From the NCBI GenBank assembly GCA_965112735.1, contig OZ218960.1, positions 2,852,001 to 2,916,000 on the forward strand: a DNA stretch of 64,000 nt, given 5' to 3'. Position 1 is the first letter of the stretch. Every line of letters starts with the position of its first letter. This DNA comes from Phaeosaccion multiseriatum (taxonomy: Eukaryota > Protista > Ochrophyta, other classes). Made by a program: the position numbers and the translations under genes. This document shows, in pieces, positions 47,241-63,979 of this stretch. The notes beneath the pieces were generated by a model. The model was not told the origin of the DNA. It saw only the letters and a list, made by a program, of their open reading frames with translations, and did no database searches.

Positions 47241-48057
47241 GTTGACTCCTCAAGGGCAACTTGGAAGAAGAAGAAGGGATGGATGTGAAGGGCTTTGGAG
47301 ACCCCTTCACCGTAGGGTCCTAGCCGCAGCGACGACGAAGGTGAGGCACTATCATTTCTCAGCCCTCCTGGTGTTCCTCGTCGGGAGTAGGATCGTTCTT
47401 ACTTTCCCTCTGTTCCTCTGGCCTCCGCTGGGTGATGATTGGAAAGCTCCGATAGTCTTAGATCTTGCGCTATCCTTTCCTCGTCTTCCCTTCCGAATAC
47501 TCTCTGGCAGGAGCAGGGAGGATTAGATCCCGCTTCCCCTCTTATCGTTTCTTTGGAAGGCTGGCTTGCTCTTTGTGATCCTTTGTGCAAAGAGCACAAA
47601 AATATGTCAATGACTTGGGTTTCCGCCAACATCAAAACCTTCCTTTTTTCTTTTTTTGGCAAAGTGGAGGTGGAAGCATAGATGGTGGAGGAAGAAGTGG
47701 ATAACAACATCAAACAGCAGCAGCGACTGCCAGCGAACGAACAAGTGGGGGTGTTCAGGAGGAGCTGTAGCAAGAAGAGGAGAAGGAGGAGGGAAAGGAG
47801 GAGGAGAAGGAGGGAGGTCAGCAGAAGGGAAGGAAGACAAGAAGAAATGAGGGGAAAGAATGACGGAGAGGGAGCAGGAGACTAACGAACAAGGTGAGGG
47901 ACAGAAGAGAAAAGTCGGCAGGGGTGGGGACCCCCAGCTTTTTCTCGTCAGCGCAATTGATTGCCCCCCACCCCACTCCACATGATGTTAGGTACGGCAC
48001 GCGGCTCCATCTTCCTCATCGCTCTCCCCTTCCCTTTTGCCAATTGAGCGGGGCAGC

Positions 48058-50516
48058 ATGAGGAGACAGCGGGATCAAGAAACGCCCCTACTGCCCCGCG
48101 CGGGCAGCAGCGCAGACATGCGTGCCTACAGCACGGCAGACCAAGCCCCCTTGAGCAGCAGACACAGCCCTCGTCGCCACCGCAGCTACGCCAACCTTCA
48201 GCAGCACAGGCACCAAGAGCAGCAGCAGCGATACGGAGCAACAGCAGCAGCAGGAGGAGCCCCCGAGCATATGCGGCGACGGACCTTCGCGACGAGTATG
48301 CCTATCTCGGCCTCCTCTTCCTCCACCTCCATCTCCCTGTCCCTTCCCGGCCTTGTCCCCGGGGGGGTGGGTGGCGGGATGCGCGCGCGTACGTGGAGCA
48401 AGACGGCGTCCGACATGGAGGCATACGCCCTTGCCAACTACACCACGCGCAAGGTTCGCCTATCATGGTTACGAGGGAGGGAGGGAGGGAGGGAGGGAGG
48501 GAGGGAGGGAGGGAGGGAGAGAGGGAGGGAAGGAGGGAGGGACGGGTGCTTGTGGACTTTTTCGGGAGTGCAGCGCTGGGGTCCGTTCTGACCAGGCATG
48601 CCCCCGCTCCCTCCCTCCCTCCTTCCTTCCCTCCCTCCCTCCCTCCCTCCCTCCCTTTCTTCCTCCCTCCCTCCCAGGACTGGATCAACCTCGATCAGTT
48701 CCATGCCATCTCCACAGAGGCGAGGCAGAAGCTCTTTTCGCGTCTGCAGGACCCAAGGGGGCCCTCCGCAGCGGCGCTCTTTTGGAAGATGGTGCTGCCC
48801 ACTGTGCTGGTGTGTGTGATTGGGCTCACCGTGGCTTGCTTGGGTATCTTTGTAGACGGCGCGGAGCAGGCCTTCCTGCTGGCGCGATTCAAGTGGTTGG
48901 CGGGAGCACTGGAGCGGGGCCAGGGAAGGAATGGCGTGGATCTGTGGATTGGGCCCCGGGCCTTTGCCCTGTTTGCGGGGCAGAGTTTGGTGTTGGTGGT
49001 GCTCAGCTTTCTGGTCACACAGCTGTCGCCCTCTGCAGCGGGCGGGGGGGTGCCGGAGATGAAAACCGTGCTCTCGGGTGAGTGAGTGCATGAGGGAGGG
49101 ATTGAATGAAGGAGGGAGAAAAATGAGTGCTCCCTCCTCCTCTCCACACTCACCTTCACACACAGACTTAATTTGCCGTTCTTTTTATCCCCCTCCTCCT
49201 CCTCCTCCTCCTTGTCCTCCTCCTCCTCTTCCTCCTTCTCCTCCTCCTCTTCCTCCTTCTCCTCCTCCTCCTCCTCCTCCTCCTCCTCCCTCAAGGTTCC
49301 ATTAACCCCCGCCTGCTGTCCCTCCGGCTTGTGGTGGTGAAGATCACCGGGCTGGTGCTGGCCTTGGGAGCAGGCCTCTCCGTAGGAAAGGAGGGGCCAC
49401 TGGTGCACGCCGCCTGCGCAGTCAGCGAGGTACGTACGGGTGAGCCGTCCCATGTCCTCTTCAGTGGGTATCCATCGCCTGTCACGATGCCCACGAAATC
49501 GGATTTTGAATCATTGCCTACCATTGACTTACTGTCTTGCTGCAGAGCATTGACGTATCACCGATGGACACACAACTGAAACTGAAACCAGGTCTATATG
49601 AAGATGAGCTTCTTCCGCTCGTTTAAAAGCGCCCCTATCCAGCGGCTGGAGATGCTCTCGTCTGCGGCGGCGGCAGGGGTGGCCGCGTCGTTCGGAAGCG
49701 CGTTTGGAGCCACACTCTTCTCAGTAGAGATCACCAGCACAGCCTACCAGGTAAAGGAGGGATGGCAGTGGATGGGACGTCGAAGTGGTGCAAGCTTCAG
49801 TTTCACATCCACGCTACAGGCACTGCTACAGCTACACATCCACGGCCGTACGTCACCATCACCCATCGCCGTTACAGTAACGCTCACAGTTACAATCACC
49901 ATGACATCCTCTTGTCCAAGGACACGCAAGCCCAGCCTCGGACTGGCGGGGTGGGGTGGGGAGGGGCTCCCTCCCGCTATCTCTGCCCTTCCTTTCTTTC
50001 TTTCTTTTCTTCTTTTCTGTACCGAACTAACGAGTGAGCGACGGTTTCGAACCCCCTGCTGCCGTGTCCGGCCCTGCAACAGGTCAGCGGCCTGTTTAGA
50101 GCCTTTACGGCCGCCATCGTCGTGGTTGCGGTCTACTGGTACTCAGGTAAGTAGAAGGTGTGCGTTGCGTTGTGCGTGGGTGCGTGCGTGTGTTTGTCCT
50201 GATATGACCTTGCCTCCTCCTCCCTCCCTCCTGCTCCTCCTCCTCCCCCTACCATCTCTCCCTTCCTTCCCCTTCCCACCACAGGCAAGTTCACCCTGGT
50301 AACCCTCTTCAGCGAGGCCCTCTCCAGAGTCAACAAGTGGAGTGGGCATGACCTCCTTGCATGGATCGCGCTGGGGGGCATCTGTGGGTTGGTGGGGGCT
50401 CTTTTTGTAACCGTCGTGCACCGCATCTCGGAGAAGAGGAATTTCCTCACAAGGAGGCGGCTCGACTCACGCACCAAGTTCTTGAGGTGTGTGGTGTGTG
50501 TGTATGCGTGTGTGCG

Positions 50517-50604
<88 letters not shown>

Positions 50605-53600
50605 CGTATATATTTGCGTACTTTTGTGGTGCTGTGCGCCTGCGTCCCTGGTAAGGCCCTTATCCTTATCCGCCGCTCCTCCCCCGACGAGGAAGATCTT
50701 GTTGCTTGCTTTGCCTTGCCTTGCCCTTTCGCTTCGCCCTCTTCTCCGCTCTGACCTCATCCCACACTACTCCCTCTCTTGCCCTTTTGCCCCTCTGTCC
50801 TTCCCCTCTTTTTTCTTTTCCGTCTGTCTGTCCTTTCCCTCCCTCCGTCTCTCTCCAGGCGTCTGGCGATGGTGCTGACTTTCACAGCCATGGTGATTCC
50901 TATGAACTACCTCGAGCTTGTGCACCTGGACAATCACGTAGGCCTCACTGAGCACCCCCACGCCCTACAGAACTACATGGTCGAGCCACAGGTCTGTCTT
51001 CGGCCTCACTATCATGCTGTTACTCACCAACTCGCTCACCCACCCACCCACTCACTCACTCACTCACTCACTCACTCGTGCACATACTAAACGCACTCAT
51101 TCACCTACCAACCCACCCACCCACTCCCTCTGTCCCTCCCTCCCTCCCTCTCCCCCTCCCCCCCTCAGGTGTTCGGTCTCTCTCGCAAGCTCTTCGGTTA
51201 CCTCGGCATGAAACTGTTGATGGTGATGCTCAGCGTTACCCTGCCCCTCCCCGTGGGTCTCTTCTCCCCCGTGTTCTTGCTTGGCTCCATCATCGGCCGA
51301 TGCTTCGGAGAGAGCTTACACTACCTGGAGACCGAAGGTGGGGTGTATCACCAACTGATGGGGTGGGGTGGGTGGGGTGGGGTGGGTGGGTACAACGTGT
51401 GCCAGGGTGGTGGGAGAAGCAACAAGCAAACAGTAAGCAAGCAGCAAGGAAGGAAGGAGGAAAGCGCCTCTCTAACGTATTGGGGGTTTAGATCCCTCTC
51501 TCGCTCTCTCTCCCGCTCTTCTCTCTGTGATTCTCTCTCCCGCTCTTCTTTCTATTTCCCCCTCTCACTCTCTCCCTCTCTTCCCCCCCCCCCCCCTTCT
51601 CTCTCCTCCTCCTCCTCCTCCTCCCCCCAAAGGTATCCTTAACTCCCACGTATCCTTCGAGCCTTGGGAGTTCGCCATCATCGGGTCTGCAAGCTTCAGT
51701 GCGGGAGTGACGAGGGCTATCTCCACAGCGGTACGCGCTCGCTTACTCACTCACCCACTCGCTCACTCACCCACACACCCACTCATCCACCCACTAACTC
51801 CCTCGCTCACTCACTCACCCACTCGCTCACTCACCCACACACTCACTCATCCACCCACTCACTCCCTCGCTCCCTCACTGACCCACTCGCTCACTCACCC
51901 ACTCGCTCACTCACCCACACACTCACTCATCCACCCACTCACTCCCTCGCTCACTCACTCACCCACTCACACACTCACACACTCACCCACTCGCTCACCC
52001 ACTCACTCCTTCACTCACTCACCCACTCACTCACTCCCTCGCTCACTCACCCACTCACTCCTTCACCCACTCACCCACCCACTCATTCACTCACTCACCC
52101 ACTCACTCCCTCACTCACTCACTCACTCACTCACTCATTCACTCACTCTCTCACTCACTCACTCACTCACCCACTCACTCACTCACTCACCCACCCACCC
52201 ACCCACTCACTCACTCACCCACTCACTCACTCACTCACTCACTCACTCACTCATCCACCCACTCACTCCCTCGCTCATTCACTCACCCACTCACACACTC
52301 ACCCACTCGCTCACCCACTCACTCCTTCACTCACTCACCCACTCACTCACTCCCTCGCTCACTCACCCACTCACTCCTTCACCCACTCACCCACCCACCC
52401 ACTCATTCACTCACACACCCACTCACTCACCCACTCACTCCCTCACTCACTCACTCACTCACCCACTCACTCATTCACCCACTCACTCATTCACCCACTC
52501 ACTCACTCACTCACCCACCCACCCACCCACCCACTCACTCACTCACTCACTCACCCACTCACTCACTCTCACTCACTCACTCACTCACTCACTTACTCAC
52601 TCACTCACTCTCTTTCTCACCCACTCACTCACTCACTCACTCACTTACTCACTCACTCACTCTCTTACTCACCCACTCACTCACCCACTCACTCACTCAC
52701 TCACTCACTCCCTCACTCCCTCCCCCACTCACTCACTCACTCACTCACCCACTCACCCACTCACCCACTCACTCACTCACTCACTCACCCACTCACTCAC
52801 TCACTCACTCACTCACCCACTCACTCACTCACTCACTCACTCATTCACTCACTCACTCACTCACTCACTCACTCATTCACTCACTCACTCACTCACTCAT
52901 TCACTCACCCACTCACTCACTCACTCACCCACTCACCCACTCACCCACTCACTCACTCACCCACTCACTCACTCACCCACTCACTCACTCACTCACTCAC
53001 CCACTCACTCACTCACTCACTCACTCACTCACTCCCTCCCTCACGCACTCAGGTGATCGTGTTTGAGCTGTCGGGCAACAACTACCTTCGAGTCCCCATG
53101 GGGGTGGCATTGCTCGTTGCCTATATGATTGGCAACACTCTCACCAAGGATATATACACGAGTCTCATCGACACAGGGGGTGAGTGGGGGGGGGCAGAGG
53201 GGGGGACGAGAGGGGAGGGGAGGGGAGGGGAGGGGAGGGGAGGGGAGGGGAGGGGAGGGGAGGGGAGGGGAGGGGAGGGGAGGGGAGGGGATGGGGAGGG
53301 GAGGGGAGGGGAGGGGGAGGGGAGGGACGAAGGGAGGAGGGGAGGGAGGGAGGGAGGATGGGAAAGAGAGAGAGGGGGTGTGGGGGTAATGCGAGTGAGT
53401 CCTGGCGTCAGCACCCCTTGACCTATTCAATGGAGCCTCAACCTCTTCACTTTAAGCCCCCCCCATCCACCCTAACCCTCCCCTTCCCCTCTATGCGGCC
53501 CGCTCACGCACGGCTCACAAATGGCAGCTCTAGCGGACATCGCATACGCGGAGCTCCCTGAGGAGGCCATGCATATCGAAGCATCCGAAGTGATGCTACC

Positions 53601-55689
53601 CATTCAGGAGCTGCCGGTGCTTTCCTTGCAGAGTTCGGTGGATGAGGCGGCGGAGATCGTTGCAATGTGGCCGCGCTATCAGTTCATACCCGTGGTTCAG
53701 GTGAGGGACGTACATTGACTTACTGGAATCAACCAAAGAATTACGTGTTTGTGTGCGTGTGTGTACGTGTGTGTGCGTGTGTGGGGGGCCGCGCTATCAG
53801 TTCATACCCGTGGTACAGATGAGGATGAGGAGGGAGGCAATTTGCTTGGCGGGGCTTGGAACCTCAGGCGGTGACCGGCTCGCCTCCTCTCCCTCTCACA
53901 CTCCCCTCTCTCCCTCCCTCCCTCCCTCCCTCCCTCCCTCCCTCCCTCCCTCCCTCCCTCCCTCCCTCCCTCCCTCCCTCCCTCCCTCCCTCTCTCCCTC
54001 CGTCCATCCCTTCCTCCCTCCCTCCCTCCATCCATCCCTCCCTCCCTCCCTCCCTCCCTCCCTCCCTCCCTCACTCCCTCCCTCTTGCAGAGCTTTGCCG
54101 ACATGCTGCTCATCGGCGAGGTGATTGCTCACGACGTGGAGGTGGCAGTGGAGGAGTATCGCAGCCAATTCGACGTGTATCAAGTAGAGCCCATCGTGCT
54201 TGGACGCCCCTCAAGTGCAGCGTATCACGATGACGACAATGAGGGGATGGAGCTGGAAGGAGAGCTTGACGCCATGGTTGATGCGGTGGAGAAGGGAGGA
54301 GGAGGAGGAGGAGGAGGAGGAGGAGGAGGAGGAGGAGGAGGAGGAGGAGGAGGAGGAGGAGGAGGAGGAGGAGAAGGAGGAAGAGGAGGAGAAGACGGCG
54401 GGGGGCCCTCTCCGACACCAACCAAGCGGCAGCACCGTCCCCACCAACACCATCAGCATGACTTGACGCCCACCGAGCTCCACACTGTCATCGCAGCATG
54501 CGCAGGAGACGAAGTGGCAGAGCTTGCTTCATCAGACCTTGTGCTCGTTGACGACCCTGACTTCGAGCAGCAGCGGCTGAAGCGCAAAGCATCGTCAGCA
54601 GGAGCGGATTCCAACGCTTCAAGCTCTCTGAACTTTCTGGGGCAAGGCTTCGGCGATGCTCACAGCAGCGGTGCGGGTGAGGGTGAGGGTGAGGGTACGG
54701 GTTCACGTGTTGGGTCTACGGAAGATGCCCGCCTGCGGGCGGCAGCAGCTGCGGAGGCGGAGGCAGCCGCCGATGCAACAGTAGCAGCCATAGCAGCAGG
54801 AGAAGAAGCAGCAGCAGCAGCAGCAGCGGAAGAAGGAGAGAGGGGAGGGGGAGGCGGAGGAGGAGGATCCGTCAGCAACAGCAACTCAGATGAGACACCA
54901 TCTCCTCGCCTCGTCTTTATTGTACTCAAGGGGGGAAACGTGTTCGTGCCGGTGGTGTCGGCGGAGGAAAGTGACAACAGCTCACATCACTCTACCACAA
55001 ATGGCGTCGGCCCTCGGCGCCGTTCGTTTTCGGACAACTCGCTTCGAGGGCGGAGTGGTGGGCGAGGGAGCCCTTGGGGCGGTGGAAGTGGTGGTGGCTT
55101 TGACGGAGGCATTAGTACCAGCGGAGGAGGAGGGGGGGGGGCGCAACACAGCAGCAACGGACACGCCACGCACGGACCAGTGATTGTGCTGGACCCTTCA
55201 CCCTTCCAAATCGTGCAAAACACAGAGCTGTGTAAGGTGGACTTGACGTTTCGGAACCTCAAGCTGGATCAGTGTTGGGTGTGCAAGGCGGGGACACTGG
55301 TGGGCATGTTGTCGAGGAGAGTGTTGAGGAAGTTTTGTGGGCCTCAGCAGTCGCAGCCGCAGCCGATGGACGAGTGTCTGCAGGCCTTGAGTGTATGCAT
55401 ACACGGCCCCGACGACAGTGGCCACAACAACAAGTACCGCGCTGGCAACAACAGCAACAACAGCAACAATAGCATCAGCAACACCAACAGCCCGTACAGC
55501 AGAGGTGGTGGTGGTGGTGGTGGTGGTGGTGGTGGTGGTATTGGGGTGCAGAGGGAGGGCGGGGTCGGGGTGAGCAGGACAGGTGGTCAGCCTCTCCCGC
55601 CGCAAGTAAGAAGCGGCAGAAGGCGCTCCAGCGCAGTCGAAAGGCTCTTCGGAAGAGAGAGTGACAGCTCCTCCCTCTCCGGCATGTGA
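48058..55689 (+). CDS. CLC-family chloride channel (CLC-1/2-like) with two CBS domains
   Basis: Approximate exons 48058-48453, 48678-49077, 49296-49429, 49592-49750, 50083-50146, 50285-50487, 50859-50991, 51169-51338, 51633-51730, 53054-53179, 53529-53700 and 54091-55689. Motifs GGGVPEMKTVL, GKEGPLVH, GVAASFGSAFGATLFSVE, PVGLFSPVF, AVIVFELSG, DIYTSLI and CBS2 LDPSPFQIVQNT. Confidence 0.95.
51740..53045 (+). repeat. ~1.3-kb degenerate (CACT/CACC)n microsatellite filling a CLC intron
   Basis: Directly visible between the donor at 51731 and the acceptor at 53053. Confidence 0.95.
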
Positions 55690-55887
55690 AGTGCCATCTC
55701 CATCTCCACCGCGGCGTGAGAGGAGTGATGGCTTGTGTGTATGTGCTTGCTTGCTTGCTTCCTTCCTTCCTTCTTTCTTCATTCATTCATTCCACGAGCG
55801 CCTGTCGCCCAATGTGCCATGTTACTACACACACACAATACATTTCACATGACCGACAAACAGTCACGCCTTTGGGAGAGGAGGTCC

Positions 55888-56792
55888 GTCCGCTTGTGAG
55901 GCTTGTGACAGTGTGAGAGGCAATCAATCAATCAATCAATCGATCAATCAATCAATCACTCAATTGCCCATCCTCTTGTGAGTCTTGTGACAGTGTGAGA
56001 GGCAAGCAATCAATCGATCAATCACTCAATCAATCAATCACTCAATTGCCCATCCGCTTGTGAGGCTTGTGACAGTGAGAAAGGCAATCAATCAATCAAT
56101 CAATCAATCAATCGATCAATCAATCAATCAATTGCCCATCCGCTTGTGAGGCTTGTGACAGTGAGAAAGGCAATCAACCGATCAATCGATCAATCAATCA
56201 ATCAATCACTCAATTGCCCATCCTCTTGTGAGGCTTGTGACAGTGTGAGAGGCAAGAAATCAACCAATCAATTGCCCATCCTCTTGTGAGGCTTGTGACA
56301 GTGAGAAAGGCAATCAACCGATCAATCGATCAATCAATCAATCAATCAATTGCCCATCCTCTTGTGAGGCTTGTGACAGTGTGAGAGGCAAGAAATCAAT
56401 CAATCAATTGCCCATCCGCTTGTGAGGCTTGTGACAGTGAGAAAGGCAATCAACCGATCAATCGATCAATCAATTTCCCATCCTCTTGTGAGGCTTGTGA
56501 CAGTGAGAAAGGCAAGAAATCAATCAATCAATCAATCACTCAATTGCCCATCCGCTTGTGAGGCTTGTGACAGTGAGAAAGGCAATCAACCGATCAATCG
56601 ATCAATCAATCAATCAATTGCCCATCCTCTTGTGAGGCTTGTGACAGTGTGAGAGGCAAGCAATCAATCAATCAATTGCCCATCCTCTTGTGAGGCTTGT
56701 GACAGTGAGAAAGGCAATCAACCGATCAATCGATCAATCAATCAATCAATCAATTGCCCATCCTCTTGTGAGGCTTGTGACAGTGGGAAAGG

Positions 56793-56832
<40 letters not shown>

Positions 56833-56970
56833 TGCCCATCCTCTTGTGAGGCTTGTGACAGTGAGAAAGGCAAGAAATCAATCAATCAATTGCCCATCCT
56901 CTTGTGAGGCTTGTGACAGTGAGAGAGGCAATCAATCGACCAATCGATCAAGCAATCAATTGCCCATCCA
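55888..56970. repeat. Composite minisatellite: ~43-bp conserved core alternating with variable-length (TCAA)n spacers, ~15 copies
   Basis: Core caattgcccatcc(t/g)cttgtgaggcttgtgacagtg(a/t)ga(a/g)aggcaa. It lies between the convergent 3' ends of the CLC and TGS1 genes. Confidence 0.95.
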
Positions 56971-57071
56971 AGCAGGCCCACCCATCCATTGCTTCCATAG
57001 GTCCTTCTTACGTCCTCTTGTTCCTCTTCATCGCGAATGTTCGGCCCCTCCATTTCTTCCGTGGGCCTTTC

Positions 57072-60592
<3,521 letters not shown>

Positions 60593-61441
60593 GGCAGAGA
60601 AAGAGGAGCGAGGAGGGATCGAGGAGAAAAACAAGATCCGCGGCCGCCTTCGGACAAGTTACGTAACGTTTTCTTTTTCATTTTCCTTCATCAGATCAGT
60701 CGTCTGCTGTCTGCAATGTTCCACAGTGGCCAGAGGCGCTACGAGCGGAGGGTGGGTCGGTACCCAATGGGTCTACGCTCCATCTCGTATCATGAGCATC
60801 AGTTTCCTCACGACAGAGAGAGCAGTAGCAGGAGGCAACCCGTATGTCGCATGTCGCTGATCCAATGACCAATGACCCCCCCCACAAAGAAAAGGCCAGT
60901 GCGGGGCGCACTCCGCGCATGCCACGCATCCCCGAAGAGGGCAGCCACGCAGACATGCAGGCACACAGGCAGGTAAGCAGTCCGCGGCGACGAAGTGGGA
61001 CACAGGTGGCGAGAGAGGTCAACCCCAGCCCGGAAAACCGCCCTGTCTCTCTGCCTCCCTCTCTCTCTGGCCTTCCTCCTCGGCCCCTCGCCAAAGGCGT
61101 GTGCGTACGTACTTTGCGTGTGTGCGTGCGTTCCTCTCTCCTCTCTGCCTTGCGGTAAGGGAGGGGAGAGTCATTGCGACAACGAGCCGCCGGCCATCAC
61201 CAGAGCAAGCACTGCCCATACGCCCGCCGATGCACTGCACCGATGTGTAACGATCTGCCTCGAAGCCCTCCTCCCTCTACCGGAGCGAAAGGTTCCCCGC
61301 ACCGCTCTCACGAGCAGCCCAGGGGAGAAAGAAACGACTCCTTCCCCTCGTGCTCCTTGACGCTTCTTCTTTCGGCTTGTCCTTTCTTCTCGCTCGTCCT
61401 CGCCACCCTCCCTCCCTTCTTCTGCCGAGCTAACTCAAAAC

Positions 61442-62389
61442 TTAAAGGTCCGCGTTGAAACTGTTAACTTGGCGATCCACGGCCAGCCTGAAGCGCTCAG
61501 AGACCAGCGGTAGGCTTGACACGGCATCTGTGAAGGGGTTGCGAAGGTGGTTCACGTAGAAGTCGTGCACTGTGCTGAACAGCTTCATGAGGTAAGGTTG
61601 AGGGGAAGGGAGAGAGAGAGAGAGAGAGTACGGGAGAGGGGTTAGGGACAGAGAGAGTAGAGAGAGAGAGTGGGGCTCCACGCATGCGGTGAAGTGGCCG
61701 AGGTAGGCATTCGCTGCTTCGCTCGTGTGCGCACACTCACATTCTGCAGCTCCTGCTCTTTGATGGAGGTGTCGTCTTCTAGGACAGCCACGAGGCGTAT
61801 TTGCGTGGTGGTTTGGTACCCGTAAACACGATACTGCTCCACGGGGCACAGAAAGCCCAGAAACATGTCTGCGGCCGTGCCGTTCTTGGCCCCCTTCAGC
61901 CTCTCCTCGAACACATCGAGAGAGCTGAGGGGCATGGGTGGGGAGGAGGGAGGGGCATCGGCGGCAGGGCGTTAGGGCGGCGTCCGAGAGGGGGAGAAAG
62001 GCAGTCCGGAGAAGGATAGGGGAGAGGGGTTGAGTGTTAGACAGCTCACAGCCCAGAGCGGGCATTCTAGGTCAAGTAGACCAGCCTTCACTCACAAAGT
62101 AGAACGAGGGATAGAAAAGATAGGGCCAAGGCAGCGCTCTTCCACCGCCACAGCTCGTCTCGCTGCTTGCAATCGAGCGCACACACTCTCACTCAGTGGG
62201 CAGGCAGGCAGACGGGCATGAAACAAGGGGTGGCAGGGGGTCGGAGGCAACAACCGGCTGCACCATCCCCTCACCTCACCTGTGAACAATGCTGTGAAAG
62301 CGTAGGACGTCTTCTCGCCCCGGCTCGGTATATGGACGAAGGAAGAGCGGTCGGAAGCCCTTTCCGACCACCGCAAAGCACACAATCAT
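61442..62389 (-). CDS. TRAPPC2L: TRAPP complex subunit 2-like (sedlin family)
   Basis: Exons 62389-62280, 61924-61741 and 61582-61442 give MIVCFAVVGK..PLFLR..LRFHSIVHSSLDVFEER..DMFLGFLCPVEQYRVYGYQTTTQIR..LFSTVHDFYVNHLRNPF. Confidence 0.92.
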
Positions 62390-62804
62390 CCCCTGCAGCT
62401 GCTGCGCCCCTCCTCACCCCTCTTTCCCTGTCTCTGCTACCCCTTCCCTCCCGGGCGACTCCCGTCCTGCCTTGGCCCCGCGCGAGTCGCTGAAGTTTTC
62501 CCTTCGCCTAAATCTCCTTGCCGTTCTTCCTCCTCTTTCCTCCCCTCCCCTCTCTCTCTCTCTCTTCTATCTTTCCTCTTCTTCACCTTCAGCTGCCTCG
62601 CTCTGCAATAAGATCTTCGACAATAGGCGCTCGGGGGAGGGAAAAGAAGGATCGCGATTATGGCAGTGAGAACGAGAACCCGGGGGGCTGTTCTCTCGCC
62701 CCGACTCCTATGCACTCCCCCCCCTTCCCTGCCTGGCTTTGCTGTATCTTGTAGTAGTAGGAGCAGGAGTAGGGCATAGGTTTGCGTGGACGAGAGGAAG
62801 GACG

Positions 62805-63905
62805 ATGGACGAGGAAGGCGACAACGCCAACACTCTTCACTTCGGGCCAGGATTCGACTTTGAGGGCAAGGAGAAGCTGCAGGTGCGGGCGTAAGAGGGT
62901 GAAGGACGAGCGAGGATGGGAGGAGGAAAGCCTCTTGCGTGCGTATGTAGCTGCATAGCATTGCTGACATTGTCTGGCAGGGTTCTCCTCTCTCCCTTGG
63001 CTCTTGCCTACGTTCCCATATCTCCCTCCCTCACAGGTTTTACTTCTCCCCCTTGCCGTCGTACCCCTATTGCACGCCCCCTATCAGCGCCTCTGACCCT
63101 CCCTTTTCCCTCCCGCCCACCCTCCGCCCTCTTTTCGTCATCCTTCCCACCCACCCACCCACCCACCCACCCCTACCCTTCTTTTCGGCTAACCCAGTGC
63201 CTATCCAATGCTGAAGTGGCCATCGTACTGGAGCAGCAGAAGGGAAACTACGAAGAAAAAGACATCAATGTCACCCCGGCCTTCGCGAAAACGCTCCAGT
63301 ACGTTAAGCGGTATGGCGCAGGTAAGCGCCGGTCCGGATACCTCTGAGCGACTCTTTCCTTCCCTGTGTGTGCTCCCCTGTGTGGAGTCCAACCCTGCTT
63401 GCTTCTGCATGTCTGGGGCCGCGTCATGCTTCGACTTGGGCGTAAACTACGGCGGCGGGAGGCAAGGGGGGGACGAGGGGTTACTTTCTTGTCTCCCTCC
63501 CCCCCTCCCCAAGCACCGCCCTCTTCTTTCTCTCCTTCGCCGCTGACACGATACCGTCCGCACTGCCCTTCCTCCTGTGGATCACTCCCCACCCCTGTTG
63601 CTCCCTTGTTGCCTTTGTCCGCTTGGCTCCTTGGCCCCTCCTCAGCGGGTGACCGAGACGTGAACGTGGCAACCACCAAAGAGCTGCGCCGAGCCCTCGA
63701 GGCCTTTGAGCAGTACACTGAAGAGGGCCCCACTCAGCTGCACCAGTTCGAAATCTCCGCCCTCGCCAACCTCATGCAGGCAGACTCCACCGCCGAGGAG
63801 GCAATGGCCCTCATCCCCTCCCTCGGCAAGAAGTTCAATGAGGACGAGGTGGAGAGCATCTTGGAGCTCGTCAAGAGTCACGCCTCAAGGAGGATGTACG
63901 GATAA
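62805..63905 (+). CDS. RPB4: RNA polymerase II subunit RPB4
   Basis: Exons 62805-62882, 63198-63321 and 63646-63905 give NANTLHFGPGF..CLSNAEVAIVL..FAKTLQYVKRY..LHQFEISALANL..AEEAMALIPSL. Confidence 0.93.
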
Positions 63906-63926
63906 GTCTTTCGGGCAGTCTACCCC

Positions 63927-63979
<53 letters not shown>

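Noticed and set aside
51527-53421. 509- and 585-aa (THSL)n ORFs
   Set aside because: Translations of the intronic (CACT)n tract between two CLC exons.
55888-56970. CRISPR array
   Set aside because: Spacers are variable-length TCAA microsatellite rather than unique sequence, there are no cas genes, and the context is eukaryotic.
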